Shown here: piece after piece, positions 52,711-62,205 of the stretch
How the letters are laid out: every line of letters begins with the position of its first letter
Numbering within the stretch: position 1 is the first letter of the stretch
Assembly (NCBI GenBank): GCA_963676915.2
Contig: CAXXVK010000024.1
Location: 55,530-119,529, forward strand
DNA length: 64,000 bases
Source: Myxococcota bacterium
Lineage (GTDB): Bacteria; Myxococcota_A; SURF-8; G963663525
Direction: 5' to 3'
Made by a program: the position numbers and the translations under genes
Notes under the pieces: model-generated
The model's input: only the letters and a program-made list of their open reading frames with translations
Databases searched by the model: none
Told to the model about the DNA's origin: nothing

Positions 52711-54861
52711 ATGAAAAACGATTTGCACCTATCCGAAACCTTCGATTTTCCTTCCTTCGAGGATTGGATGGCCATTGTCGAACGCGACCTGAAAGGCGCG
52801 CCGTTCGAAAAGAAACTGGTCAAAAAATCCCACGAAGGCATCGTTACCCAACCGATTTACACCGCCAAAGATTTCGACCACTCGCAGGATCTTTCGGGCT
52901 TTCCCGGACAACCTCCCTTCCTCCGTGGAGGCACGACACTGGGCAGCGTGTCCCAAGGCTGGGATCGCCGCCAGGAATACGGAGACGCAACACCGCAAGA
53001 CTGTAACCGAAGCATTCTTAACGACTTCCGTTACGGAGTCACTTCGGTCTGTCTTCGACCCGACCAGGCGTTTCACCGGGGAATGGACTCGGACAACCCA
53101 CAAGCGAAAGAAGCCGTTGGACGTGGAGGCATGACACTGGCTTGTCTCGACGATGCCGCTATGGCGCTCGACGGCTTGGACCCTGCCGAAGTTCCCCTCG
53201 CCCTCAAAGGAGGCAGCCAGGGATTTCTTGGTGCGGGACTGTCGTTCGCCCTGTGCAAAACCCGAAGCAAAAACGAAAAACCGCTCGAAACCATGCAAGG
53301 AACGGCGTGTTTCGATCCGTTGAGCGCTCTGGCCTCGGGTGGCGGCATTGTGTATTCGCTGGAAAACGTCTTTCGGCAAATGGCCGATCTCGTCGCCTGG
53401 AAAACGAAAAACGCTCCGAAATTCCGCCCCATCGCCATCACCGCCAGCCCCTATCACGATGCTGGAGCGCACGCGGTGCAGGAACTGGCGTTTTCACTGG
53501 CTACAGCGGTGACCTACCTGCGCGAGTTGAATGCTCGGGGCATCGGTATCGACGAAGCGGCAGCTTCCATGCAATTCCTCTTCAGCATGGGACGCCAAAT
53601 GTTCTTCGAAATCGCCAAATTGCGTGCGGCTCGGATGCTTTGGGCCAAGGTCGTCGAAGCATCCGGTGGAACGGAGCAATCCCAAACCATGTTTATCCAC
53701 GTCCGCTCCAGCGCGTTTACAAAAACCGCTCGCGATCCTTGGGTTAACATGCTGAGAACCACGGCCGAATGCTTCGCTTCGATCGTCGGTGGTGCGGACA
53801 GCATCGCCACCATGCCATTCGACGAAACCTTGGGACAACCCGACGCCTTCAGTCGCCGAGTCGCCGCCAACACGCAAAATGTATTGAAGGAAGAATCGAA
53901 CCTCCACCGGGTAACCGATCCCGCAGGAGGAAGCTGGTACATCGAAACCATTACCCGGCAACTGGCCGAAGCCGCCTGGAAACTGTTTCAGGAAATCGAA
54001 AGCCAAGGCGGCATGACCCAGGCGATTCAAAGCGGATGGGTCGCCGAGCAGGTGGAAAACACCTGGAATCAGCGCAAAAAAGCGATTGCCAAACGCAAAG
54101 ATGCCATCACCGGAATCAGCGAATTTCCCAATCTTCAAGAAAAACCGATCGAGAAAGAGCCGATCGATTTCGAGGGGTTATGGAAAAATTCCGCCGACAG
54201 ACTCACCGAAAAGCGTCAACAAGCTCTGGAAAACGGAGCGCTCGACGCCCTGGGCGACGTGCTTTCGGCAGCCAATCCCCAGCCTGGAGAATTGACCGCC
54301 GCCGTCGTATCGGCGTTCGAGAACGGCGCAACCGTCGGACAAGTTTCCACCTTGCTTCGAGGAGACGACAGCGGCATAACGGCTCCGGCTCTGGGTTCCC
54401 GACGTGCGGCACAACCCTTCGAACGTCTCCGAGATGCCTCGGACGCCTGGCTCGCCTCGAACGGTGAACGCCCAAAAATCTTTCTAGCGAACATGGGTTC
54501 GATCCCCGAGCACAAAGCGCGGGCGATGTTCTCGGCCAATTTCTTCGAAGCGGGTGGTCTGGAAGCCGTATCGAACGACGGATTTTCCAACACACAGGAT
54601 GCCGTGAAAGCATTTGAAGCGAGCGGCGCTCAGGCGGTTGTCATCTGCTCGACGGATAAAAAATATCCCGAGGTCGTTCCCGAACTCGCTCCCGAATTGG
54701 TTCGATGTGGCGCAAAATTTGTCGTATTGGCAGGAAAACCCGCCGACAAAGAAAAAGAAGCCCTGTATCGGGACGCAGGAGTCAACGTCTTCATCCACTT
54801 GGGCTGCGACGTATTAGGAACCTTGGAAAACATTCTCACCGGATTGAACATCCTGGACTGA
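52711..54861 (+). CDS. mutA: methylmalonyl-CoA mutase small (beta) subunit
   Basis: GFPGQPPFLRG, EIAKLRAAR.LW, DPWVNMLRTT, DPAGGSWYIE. The C-terminal domain lacks DxHxxG. Confidence 0.93.
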   Translation: MKNDLHLSETFDFPSFEDWMAIVERDLKGAPFEKKLVKKSHEGIVTQPIYTAKDFDHSQDLSGFPGQPPFLRGGTTLGSVSQGWDRRQEYGDATPQDCNRSILNDFRYGVTSVCLRPDQAFHRGMDSDNPQAKEAVGRGGMTLACLDDAAMALDGLDPAEVPLALKGGSQGFLGAGLSFALCKTRSKNEKPLETMQGTACFDPLSALASGGGIVYSLENVFRQMADLVAWKTKNAPKFRPIAITASPYHDAGAHAVQELAFSLATAVTYLRELNARGIGIDEAAASMQFLFSMGRQMFFEIAKLRAARMLWAKVVEASGGTEQSQTMFIHVRSSAFTKTARDPWVNMLRTTAECFASIVGGADSIATMPFDETLGQPDAFSRRVAANTQNVLKEESNLHRVTDPAGGSWYIETITRQLAEAAWKLFQEIESQGGMTQAIQSGWVAEQVENTWNQRKKAIAKRKDAITGISEFPNLQEKPIEKEPIDFEGLWKNSADRLTEKRQQALENGALDALGDVLSAANPQPGELTAAVVSAFENGATVGQVSTLLRGDDSGITAPALGSRRAAQPFERLRDASDAWLASNGERPKIFLANMGSIPEHKARAMFSANFFEAGGLEAVSNDGFSNTQDAVKAFEASGAQAVVICSTDKKYPEVVPELAPELVRCGAKFVVLAGKPADKEKEALYRDAGVNVFIHLGCDVLGTLENILTGLNILD

Positions 54862-54874
54862 ATAAGGAAGTATC

Positions 54875-57061
54875 ATGGCAAGTATCCCTGATTTTACAAA
54901 ACTTTCCTTCGACGCCGCGACGCCTCCTCCCCAGGGAGCCGATGAGGCCCGCTGGCGAAAAGAAGTGGAACAAAAATCCGGTAACGGACCGGAGAATTTC
55001 ATCTGGGGCACCCCGGAAGGCATCGACATCAAGCCTCTGTATACATCGAAAGACCTCGAAGGCGTCGAGCACATGGGCAGTATGCCCGGTCTGCCGCCCT
55101 TCGTGCGCGGTCCCTACTCCACGATGTACGCCATGCGCCCCTGGACGGTGCGGCAGTACTCCGGTTTTTCGACCGCCGAAGCATCGAACGCTTTTTACCG
55201 ACGCAATCTGGCTGCGGGACAAAAAGGGTTGTCCATCGCCTTCGACCTAGCGACCCACCGAGGCTACGACTCCGACCACGAACGCGTCCCCGGAGACGTG
55301 GGGATGGCGGGCGTCGCGATCGATTCCATCTATGACATGCGCATTCTGTTCGAAGGCATTCCTCTGGATCAAATGAGCGTCTCGATGACGATGAACGGCG
55401 CGGTACTGCCGGTCATGGCGTTGTATATCGTCGCCGCCGAGGAACAGGGCGTCAAAACCGAACAACTTGCTGGAACGATCCAGAACGACATCCTCAAGGA
55501 GTTCATGGTTCGCAACACCTACATTTATCCACCCGAACCATCCATGCGAATCATCGGCGATATTTTCGAGTACACCTCGAAAAACATGCCTCGTTTCAAC
55601 AGCATCAGTATTTCGGGCTACCATATGCAGGAAGCCGGAGCGACCCAGGACATCGAACTCGGCTATACCCTGGCCGACGGTCTGGAGTACCTGCGCACCG
55701 GAGTCAATGCCGGTCTCGGGATCGACAAATTCGCCCCACGCATCAGTTTCTTTTTCGGCATCGGCATGAATTACTTCATGGAAGTCGCCAAGTTGCGTGC
55801 CGCTCGGATGCTGTGGGCGAAGATCGTCAAACAGTTCAACCCGGAAAATTCCAAGTCGATGTCCCTGCGCACCCATTGCCAGACCTCCGGATGGAGCCTG
55901 ACCGCGCAAGACCCCTTCAACAACGTGATCCGCACTTGCATGGAAGCCCTTGCCGCCGTTCACGGTCACACGCAATCTCTTCATACCAATTCCCTGGATG
56001 AAGCCTTGGCGCTACCCACCGACTTCAGCGCCCGGATCAGTCGAAATACTCAACTTTTCCTGCAACAGGAAGCGGGAATCACCGGAGTCATCGATCCCTG
56101 GGCCGGAAGTTACTTCATCGAGCGACTGACCCACGATCTCGCGTTGAAAGCCTGGAGCCACATCGAGGAAGTCGAAAAACTGGGTGGTATGGCCAAAGCC
56201 ATCGAAGAAGGTCTTCCCAAGATGCGGATCGAAGAATCCTCCGCCAAAACTCAGGCTCGCATCGATTCGGGACGGCAAACCATCGTGGGTATCAACAAAT
56301 ACCGCAAAGATGAAGAAGACGAACTGGAGATCCTCAAGGTGGACAACTCCGCCGTACGGGAAGCTCAGATCGCCCGTCTGGCCAAACTGAAGGCCGAACG
56401 CAACGAGCAGGAAGTACAGGAAAAACTCGACGCCTTGACTCGCGCCGCCGAGGAAGGCGGTAACCTGCTGGAAATGTCGGTGAATGCCGCCCGAGCCAAA
56501 GCGACGGTGGGAGAAATCAGCTTCGCGCTTGAAAAAGTTTTCGGACGCCACAAAGCGGTGATCCGTTCCATCGAAGGTGTCTACCGTCGCGAAATGGAAG
56601 GCACGAACGAAGAATTCGACGAGGTCCGCGCCTTGTCCGAAGCTTTTGCACAGGAAGAAGGTCGTCGCCCCCGGATTCTCGTTGCCAAAATGGGTCAGGA
56701 CGGCCATGACCGTGGACAGAAAGTCATCGCTTCGGCCTTTGCCGATCTCGGGTTTGACGTGGACATCGGACCGCTGTTCCAAACTCCCGAAGAAAGCGCA
56801 GCACAAGCCGTGGAAAACGACGTGCACATCGTGGGTGTAAGCTCTCTGGCGGCAGGACACCTGACCCTCGTTCCCAAACTTCGCGCCGCACTGAAAGAGT
56901 TGGGACGCGAGGACATCCTGATCGTCGTCGGCGGTGTGATTCCCCCGCAAGACTATCCGGCATTGTACGAAGCGGGAGCCAATGCGGTATTCGGGCCGGG
57001 AACAGTGATCAGTCAAGCCGCGAAAAACCTGCTGGAGCAATTGCAGGAACAAATCGCGTAA
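54875..57061 (+). CDS. scpA: methylmalonyl-CoA mutase large (catalytic) subunit
   Basis: [35 protein letters not shown]12 motif GQDGHDRG...SSLAAGH. Confidence 0.97.
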   Translation: MASIPDFTKLSFDAATPPPQGADEARWRKEVEQKSGNGPENFIWGTPEGIDIKPLYTSKDLEGVEHMGSMPGLPPFVRGPYSTMYAMRPWTVRQYSGFSTAEASNAFYRRNLAAGQKGLSIAFDLATHRGYDSDHERVPGDVGMAGVAIDSIYDMRILFEGIPLDQMSVSMTMNGAVLPVMALYIVAAEEQGVKTEQLAGTIQNDILKEFMVRNTYIYPPEPSMRIIGDIFEYTSKNMPRFNSISISGYHMQEAGATQDIELGYTLADGLEYLRTGVNAGLGIDKFAPRISFFFGIGMNYFMEVAKLRAARMLWAKIVKQFNPENSKSMSLRTHCQTSGWSLTAQDPFNNVIRTCMEALAAVHGHTQSLHTNSLDEALALPTDFSARISRNTQLFLQQEAGITGVIDPWAGSYFIERLTHDLALKAWSHIEEVEKLGGMAKAIEEGLPKMRIEESSAKTQARIDSGRQTIVGINKYRKDEEDELEILKVDNSAVREAQIARLAKLKAERNEQEVQEKLDALTRAAEEGGNLLEMSVNAARAKATVGEISFALEKVFGRHKAVIRSIEGVYRREMEGTNEEFDEVRALSEAFAQEEGRRPRILVAKMGQDGHDRGQKVIASAFADLGFDVDIGPLFQTPEESAAQAVENDVHIVGVSSLAAGHLTLVPKLRAALKELGREDILIVVGGVIPPQDYPALYEAGANAVFGPGTVISQAAKNLLEQLQEQIA

Positions 57062-57080
57062 AACAGCAAAAAATCAATCC

Positions 57081-57122
57081 AAAAGGCTTCCGGTCACGAT
57101 CGGGAGCCTTTTTTGTTTTTTG
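57081..57122 (+). terminator. intrinsic terminator after the mutase operon
   Basis: AAAAGGCTTCCG...CGGGAGCCTTTT followed by a long T tract. Confidence 0.85.
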
Positions 57123-57260
57123 TGCGTACATGAGAACGAAATGAAAAAAGAATTTTTGCTAAGTTCGCAATGGAAAGTGGAATCGGACGAAGAAACGAGG
57201 TAGAATCCCTTCCGCACGAGCCATAGTCCATAAACGCAGTACAATCATGAGGAAGATGCC

Positions 57261-58364
57261 ATGAAAATCATTTTGTTGGGAGCTTGCGCCGATATGGCGA
57301 CGCCGATTCTGGAAATGATCGGACAAGAAGAGGATGTCGAAAAGATTTTGCTGGCCGATCTCAACCTTGCGAAAGCGCAAAAACTTGCACAATCGCTCGG
57401 TGAAAAATACGAGGCTGCGAAGCTCGACGCCACCCGGCATGAGGAACTTGTGCGTCTCGTCAAAGACTACGATGTCGCGATGGGCTACATCGGGCCGTTT
57501 TATTATTTCGAGCATCGCGTAGCAGCGGCCTGCATCGAAGCAGGCACGAATTACGTCTCTATCTCGGACGACTACGACGCCTACCTCAACGTGATCGAAC
57601 TGGACGAAAAAGCCCGCGAAAAGGGCGTAACGATCCTTTCCGGCCTGGGAAATTCCCCCGGTCTGACCAACCTGCTGGCCAAGAAGGGCTATCAGTCGAT
57701 GGATACGGCGAAAAAGATCCACATCCAGTGGACTGGAGGATCGGACGAGCCGGTCGGTCCGGCAAACGTCAAGCACGTCATGCATATTTTCGAGGGGAAA
57801 ACCTTGCAATGGATGAACGGCAAGGAAACCTGGGTCGATTGCGGAGGCGGGGAGAAAATCGTGGAATTCCCGGAACCTATCGGTATCCAAACCGTGTTTT
57901 ACACCGGCCACGCCGAGTCCGTTTCGGTTCCCCGCAATCTGCCGGGACTCGAAGAAGTCACCCTCCATGGCGGGGCGCGCCCCGTCTGGGTAGCGCGATT
58001 GGCTACGATGTTCGGCAAACTCGGCATGACGACTTCCCACACCAAGCGTGAACGCCTGACGAAAATTTTGACGCCGGTCATGGGCCTGTTCTCCGTAGGA
58101 AGCAGCGCGGACAAATCCGTATTCCGCATCGATGTCTACGGCACGCACGAAGGTCATCCTCGACACCATTTCTATACGGGAGTGGGTCCGATTGCGGAAA
58201 TCACCTCGTTCCCATTACTTGAAGGCGCCTTGAAATTGGGACGCGGCGAACTCGATAAAGCGGGTGTTTTTGCCGCCGAGGCGCTGCTCGACCCGGAAGA
58301 GTTTCTCCCCCGCGTCGTAAAACGAGGTGTAGAGATGATGTATTACGAGGGAGAAAAAGCTTAG
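57261..58364 (+). CDS. saccharopine dehydrogenase-family NAD(P)-binding oxidoreductase
   Basis: IILLGA, IGPFY, ACIEAG.NYV.I.DD, GLGNSPGLTN, GVFAAE. Confidence 0.88.
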   Translation: MKIILLGACADMATPILEMIGQEEDVEKILLADLNLAKAQKLAQSLGEKYEAAKLDATRHEELVRLVKDYDVAMGYIGPFYYFEHRVAAACIEAGTNYVSISDDYDAYLNVIELDEKAREKGVTILSGLGNSPGLTNLLAKKGYQSMDTAKKIHIQWTGGSDEPVGPANVKHVMHIFEGKTLQWMNGKETWVDCGGGEKIVEFPEPIGIQTVFYTGHAESVSVPRNLPGLEEVTLHGGARPVWVARLATMFGKLGMTTSHTKRERLTKILTPVMGLFSVGSSADKSVFRIDVYGTHEGHPRHHFYTGVGPIAEITSFPLLEGALKLGRGELDKAGVFAAEALLDPEEFLPRVVKRGVEMMYYEGEKA

Positions 58365-58434
58365 TTACGACAAGCCATAAACGTCGTCGAGCAACCCAGA
58401 AAACCAAAGAAATTTCATATAGTTGGAGCGATTA

Positions 58435-58476
58435 GAAACGAAGGTTTCAGGTCTTCCAGCCTGAATCCTTCGTTTC
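58435..58476. other. long intergenic hairpin (terminator or REP-like)
   Basis: GAAACGAAGG-T-TTCAGG / CCTGAA-T-CCTTCGTTTC, with no strong U tract. Confidence 0.45.
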
Positions 58477-58690
58477 ATGTGGATTTTCGACCCGGCAGCA
58501 AGATTCATTTAAACACACCTTCCGGGCACAACGGTCCGGTTAACTTTCCCAATTCCCATGAAGCTGATTTTTTTCTTAGGTCCGTGAAACCTCCCATGCT
58601 AGGGTAGGCCGGTTTTTCCGGGTATTGTCGCCGGAAAACGTTTGGAACTTCATAGGGTTCCTCCCGGTGGGGGACACGGAGAGAAGGTTT

Positions 58691-61336
58691 ATGGCACAGG
58701 ATTCCAATACGGCTCGATGGCGTCACGCTCTACTGAAACAGGTCGAAAAACCGGGACGTTACCTTGGCAACGAAGTCAACGCTACATTCAAACATTCCGA
58801 CGAGGTGTCGTTTCGTATCGCTTTGGCGTTTCCCGATGTCTATGAAGTGGCGTTCAGTCACGTCGGATTGAAAATCCTCTATGAAATTCTTAACGATCGT
58901 CCCGACACCTGGTGCGAGAGGGTTTATTCGCCCTGGTTCGATTTCGAACAGGCTTTGCGCCAAAATAACCGGAAACTTTTCGCGCTGGAATCCGGTGATC
59001 CGCTGGAATCCCTCGACGTGTTGGGATTCACCCTGCAATACGATCTGTGTTACACCAACGTGCTCGCGATTCTCGACCTCGCCGGGTTGCCGTTGTATGC
59101 CTCCGAACGGAACGAAAATCATCCGCTGATCGTTGGGGGTGGACCCAACACGACCAACCCCGAACCACTGGCCGAGTTCTTCGACCTGTTCGTGCTGGGT
59201 GAAGGCGAACAAGCCGTTCACACACTGGCGGATGCCGTTATCGAACAGAAAAAAACGGGAATCTCCCGCAAGGAAATGCTGGAAAACCTCAGTAAACACG
59301 AAGGCTTTTACGTACCGTCCCATTTCACACCTAGATATGAGAACGGTCGGCTGGCAGCCATCGAACCCCACGATCCCAACCGACCTTCCGTACGCCGGGC
59401 TGCCGTGACGGATCTCGACAGCACACCGTTTCCCGTTCATCCACCTACACCCAACATCACGCCGGTTCATGACCGCTATGCCGTGGAAATTCAACGGGGT
59501 TGCTCGCGTGGCTGCCGTTTTTGTCAGGCAAGTCAGATCTATCGCCCCGTGCGCCAGCGAAAACCGGAGACGATCTACGAGCTAACGCGCCAAGGTTTGG
59601 AAAACACAGGAGAAACGACACTTAGCCTGTTGTCGCTTTCTGCCGGGGATTACGGCTGTTTGAACCCGTTATTGGAAAGTCTTGACGGGTTGGTTCGTTC
59701 TCGGCGCGTAGATCTGCAACTGCCGTCGCTGAGGGTCGAGGCTCTGGAAGACGGCTTGCTACATCTGCTGGGCCGCGAACGCAAGGGCGGTTTTACATTG
59801 GCGCCCGAAGCCGGCAGCGAACGTCTGCGACGGGTGATCAACAAAGGGAATACCGACGACGACCTGCTAGCGTCGGTGGATCGGGCGTTTCGCCTGGGAT
59901 GGCAACGCCTGAAACTGTATTTCATGATCGGCCTTCCCTCCGAAACCGACGAGGATCTGTACGCCATCGTCGATCTGGCGCAGCGTGCCCGATCCGTAGC
60001 TCGGCGGTACAGAAAAAGCGCTCAGGTGACGGTTTCGGCTTCGACCTTCGTTCCCAAAGCGCACACGCCGTTTCAATGGGCTGAGGCCATCGGACGGGAG
60101 GAAATCCGCCGTAAGCAATCGATATTATTCGGTGAACTGAAACGGCTGAGAATCAAGTTCAAATTCCACGATTCCCATTCCAGTCTGATGGAAATGGCTT
60201 TTTCGCGGGGAGATCGGCGTCTGGCGGCAGTCATCGAGCGAGCCTATCGGTTGGGAGCGCGTTTCGATGCCTGGAGCGACCACCACGATCCCGAGATCTG
60301 GGAAAAAGCTTTTACGGAATCCGGGGTGGATTTCGCGATCTGGCGCAACGCCATCGACCCGGATGCAACGCTGCCCTGGGATCATCTCGATTTCGGTCCG
60401 AAAAAGAGCTTTTTACGGGAGGAATGGGAGAACGCCTTCGCCCAAGAACATCGCGAGGACTGCTCCTATGGTACCTGCTACCATTGCGGAGCCTGCGGAT
60501 CTGGCAAAGTGAAACGGCAGGTTTATCTTCCCGAAACGCCGGATGAAAATTCACGTCAAGACGTACCGAAACACGTTCAATTCGCCCAAACACCTCAAGG
60601 AAAAGTACTATCTCCCAAAGCTCCGGGAGCACGCCGCAAGATCCGTTTCAAAGTGGCGAAAAAGGATCGGGCGGTGTTCATGGGACATCTCGACACGATG
60701 AAAACGGTCTTGCGGGCTTTTCGCCGTGCGGGAATTTCTCTTGTAATGTCGGAGGGTTTCCACCCTTCGCCGCGTGTGGCTTTCGGTCCGGCGCTGCCGG
60801 TTGGCGTATCGTCGGAAGGTGAATTTTTCGATGCCGAAACGACCGATACCCTACCCGCTTCGATGCTCGCCGAACATCTGAGCCATGCTCTGCCGAGCGG
60901 TTTCGAATTGCTCGACGCCATGGATATTCCGCGCCGGTCGCCGTCGCTATCGGAAGCGATTCAGCACATGATTTTCCGTTTCGATCTGCCGGAAAACGTG
61001 GACGAAGCAGAAATCGGAGACGCTTTGGCACGTTATGAAGCGGCAGCGGAAGTGATGGTCGAGCGCATCGCCAAAGGCAAACCTCGTCCCTACAATTTAA
61101 AAGATCGCCTGGCCGGACTTGCTGCCGAAGGTCGTAGTGTGACAGCGGATATCCTCAACGAGACGGGTGGAAGTGTCAAACCCCTGGAAATTCTGCAAAC
61201 CGTGTTCGGATTATCCGCCGAGCAATGCCACGAGACGATCATCTGCAAGATCGACACGCAGTTTCGAACCTCGTTTCCGAAAAAGCGCTCGTCGTCGTCC
61301 AAACGAAGAAATCGAAAACCTCGAAAACAGGGATAA
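58691..61336 (+). CDS. TIGR03960-family radical SAM protein fused to TIGR03936 (DUF2344) radical SAM-linked domain
   Basis: VEKPGRYLGNE, LAFPDVYEV, RGCSRGCRFCQA, TLAPEAG, FVPKAHTPFQW, C-terminal GHLD...FRRA..SEGFHP.P...ALP.G. Confidence 0.92.
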   Translation: MAQDSNTARWRHALLKQVEKPGRYLGNEVNATFKHSDEVSFRIALAFPDVYEVAFSHVGLKILYEILNDRPDTWCERVYSPWFDFEQALRQNNRKLFALESGDPLESLDVLGFTLQYDLCYTNVLAILDLAGLPLYASERNENHPLIVGGGPNTTNPEPLAEFFDLFVLGEGEQAVHTLADAVIEQKKTGISRKEMLENLSKHEGFYVPSHFTPRYENGRLAAIEPHDPNRPSVRRAAVTDLDSTPFPVHPPTPNITPVHDRYAVEIQRGCSRGCRFCQASQIYRPVRQRKPETIYELTRQGLENTGETTLSLLSLSAGDYGCLNPLLESLDGLVRSRRVDLQLPSLRVEALEDGLLHLLGRERKGGFTLAPEAGSERLRRVINKGNTDDDLLASVDRAFRLGWQRLKLYFMIGLPSETDEDLYAIVDLAQRARSVARRYRKSAQVTVSASTFVPKAHTPFQWAEAIGREEIRRKQSILFGELKRLRIKFKFHDSHSSLMEMAFSRGDRRLAAVIERAYRLGARFDAWSDHHDPEIWEKAFTESGVDFAIWRNAIDPDATLPWDHLDFGPKKSFLREEWENAFAQEHREDCSYGTCYHCGACGSGKVKRQVYLPETPDENSRQDVPKHVQFAQTPQGKVLSPKAPGARRKIRFKVAKKDRAVFMGHLDTMKTVLRAFRRAGISLVMSEGFHPSPRVAFGPALPVGVSSEGEFFDAETTDTLPASMLAEHLSHALPSGFELLDAMDIPRRSPSLSEAIQHMIFRFDLPENVDEAEIGDALARYEAAAEVMVERIAKGKPRPYNLKDRLAGLAAEGRSVTADILNETGGSVKPLEILQTVFGLSAEQCHETIICKIDTQFRTSFPKKRSSSSKRRNRKPRKQG

Positions 61337-61351
61337 GTCTTAGAAACCATC

Positions 61352-61496
61352 CTAAAAAATACACTCCTGTCGCCTTTCGGACGCTTTCGATCGATTTCGC
61401 CGCCGGTCTCGACGTGAAAGACTCCCGGTATTCCGCGTCTCGCCAACGACGAATTAGTCTCGAAATCACCTCGAAATCCTCGGTCGGTATTTTTAG
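61352..61496. repeat. ~145-bp imperfect palindromic element abutting ERIC-like copy 2
   Basis: Ends CTAAAAAATAC / GTATTTTTAG, with nested TTTCG/CGAAA pairings inside. Confidence 0.45.
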
Positions 61497-61674
61497 CCCG
61501 CATTATTCATGAGGATCGTCACGAGACGCCGAAAACCGAAGATATTTCGCGAAGTTGGAGCGATTTTTTAACGGAAGCATACTTGACAGTATGTTGAGTA
61601 TAAAAAATCGGGAAACGAGTGAAAGATCAAGAGTTTTCAAGTCGTAGTAGATTCTTCATGAATAATGCGGGTTA
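61494..61674. repeat. ~180-bp ERIC/MITE-like palindromic element, copy 2
   Basis: TIRs TAGCCCGCATTATTCATGA / TCATGAATAATGCGGGTTA (18/19). Central palindrome CATACT-TGAC-AGTATG. Confidence 0.85.
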
Positions 61675-61705
61675 GGATGACTTCTAGAAATTTTCAAAAC
61701 CCAAG

Positions 61706-61794
61706 AAAAAACCCGAAAAGCGGGCGGGCTTTCCGGGTCAGGGAGTGGAGGAAGGAAAAAATAAACCTCCAAAAGTCTAGGAATGACTTAATTT
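61706..61794 (-). ncRNA. candidate ~90-nt small regulatory RNA
   Basis: Has its own promoter (TTGCCT-17-TATAAT), three predicted hairpins with C/U-rich loops and an intrinsic terminator with U6. Confidence 0.65.
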
Positions 61795-61800
61795 TCATTA

Positions 61801-61829
61801 ATTATAGATAATAAGACTTAAAAAGGCAA
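61801..61829 (-). promoter_or_regulatory. near-consensus sigma70 promoter driving the candidate sRNA
   Basis: TTGCCT (61829-61824), exactly 17 bp, TATAAT (61806-61801), with an AT-rich upstream tract. Confidence 0.7.
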
Positions 61830-62027
61830 CAAAAATACAAAACAAGACAAAATTTCAGCAAGAAATAGCTGTAATAGTTTCATGATCGGAGATCATAAAA
61901 CGGCGAATATTCTTGAAAAATGGGAAATCGATCCATCCACATCGTTGAACCTTTTCGGAGTCGGTGATCCTGTTGCAATTTCGATACAAAAAATTTACAT
62001 CCCTTCCACAATCTTTTCGGGTCCAGC

Positions 62028-62056
62028 TTGAAGTTTCCGCCATGGGGGAGTAGACT
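62028..62056 (+). promoter_or_regulatory. probable sigma70 promoter of secA
   Basis: TTGAAG-17 bp-TAGACT, about 150 bp upstream of secA. Confidence 0.5.
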
Positions 62057-62205
62057 GCGTTTTCCGAAAGGAAGCGGAACCGCCTGGCTCGTCCTTAGCA
62101 GGAAATCAGTCCGGCGGAACTCGCGAAGCAGAGTGCGGAAAACGACGGGGGGTCGGACGATTTCGAATCGTAGGTTCCGGCCCGTAGAGACTATTCGAGG
62201 AAGTA

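Noticed and set aside
57061-57261. Absence of meaB and epimerase after the mutase genes
   Set aside because: These genes are often unlinked, so a single window is not informative.
62044-62195. GGGGAGTAG...GAGAC upstream of secA resembling a yybP-ykoY riboswitch
   Set aside because: The motif coincides with the spacer and -10 of a TTGAAG-17-TAGACT promoter, the conserved L3 and P1 pairing are not evident, and the gene context does not fit.
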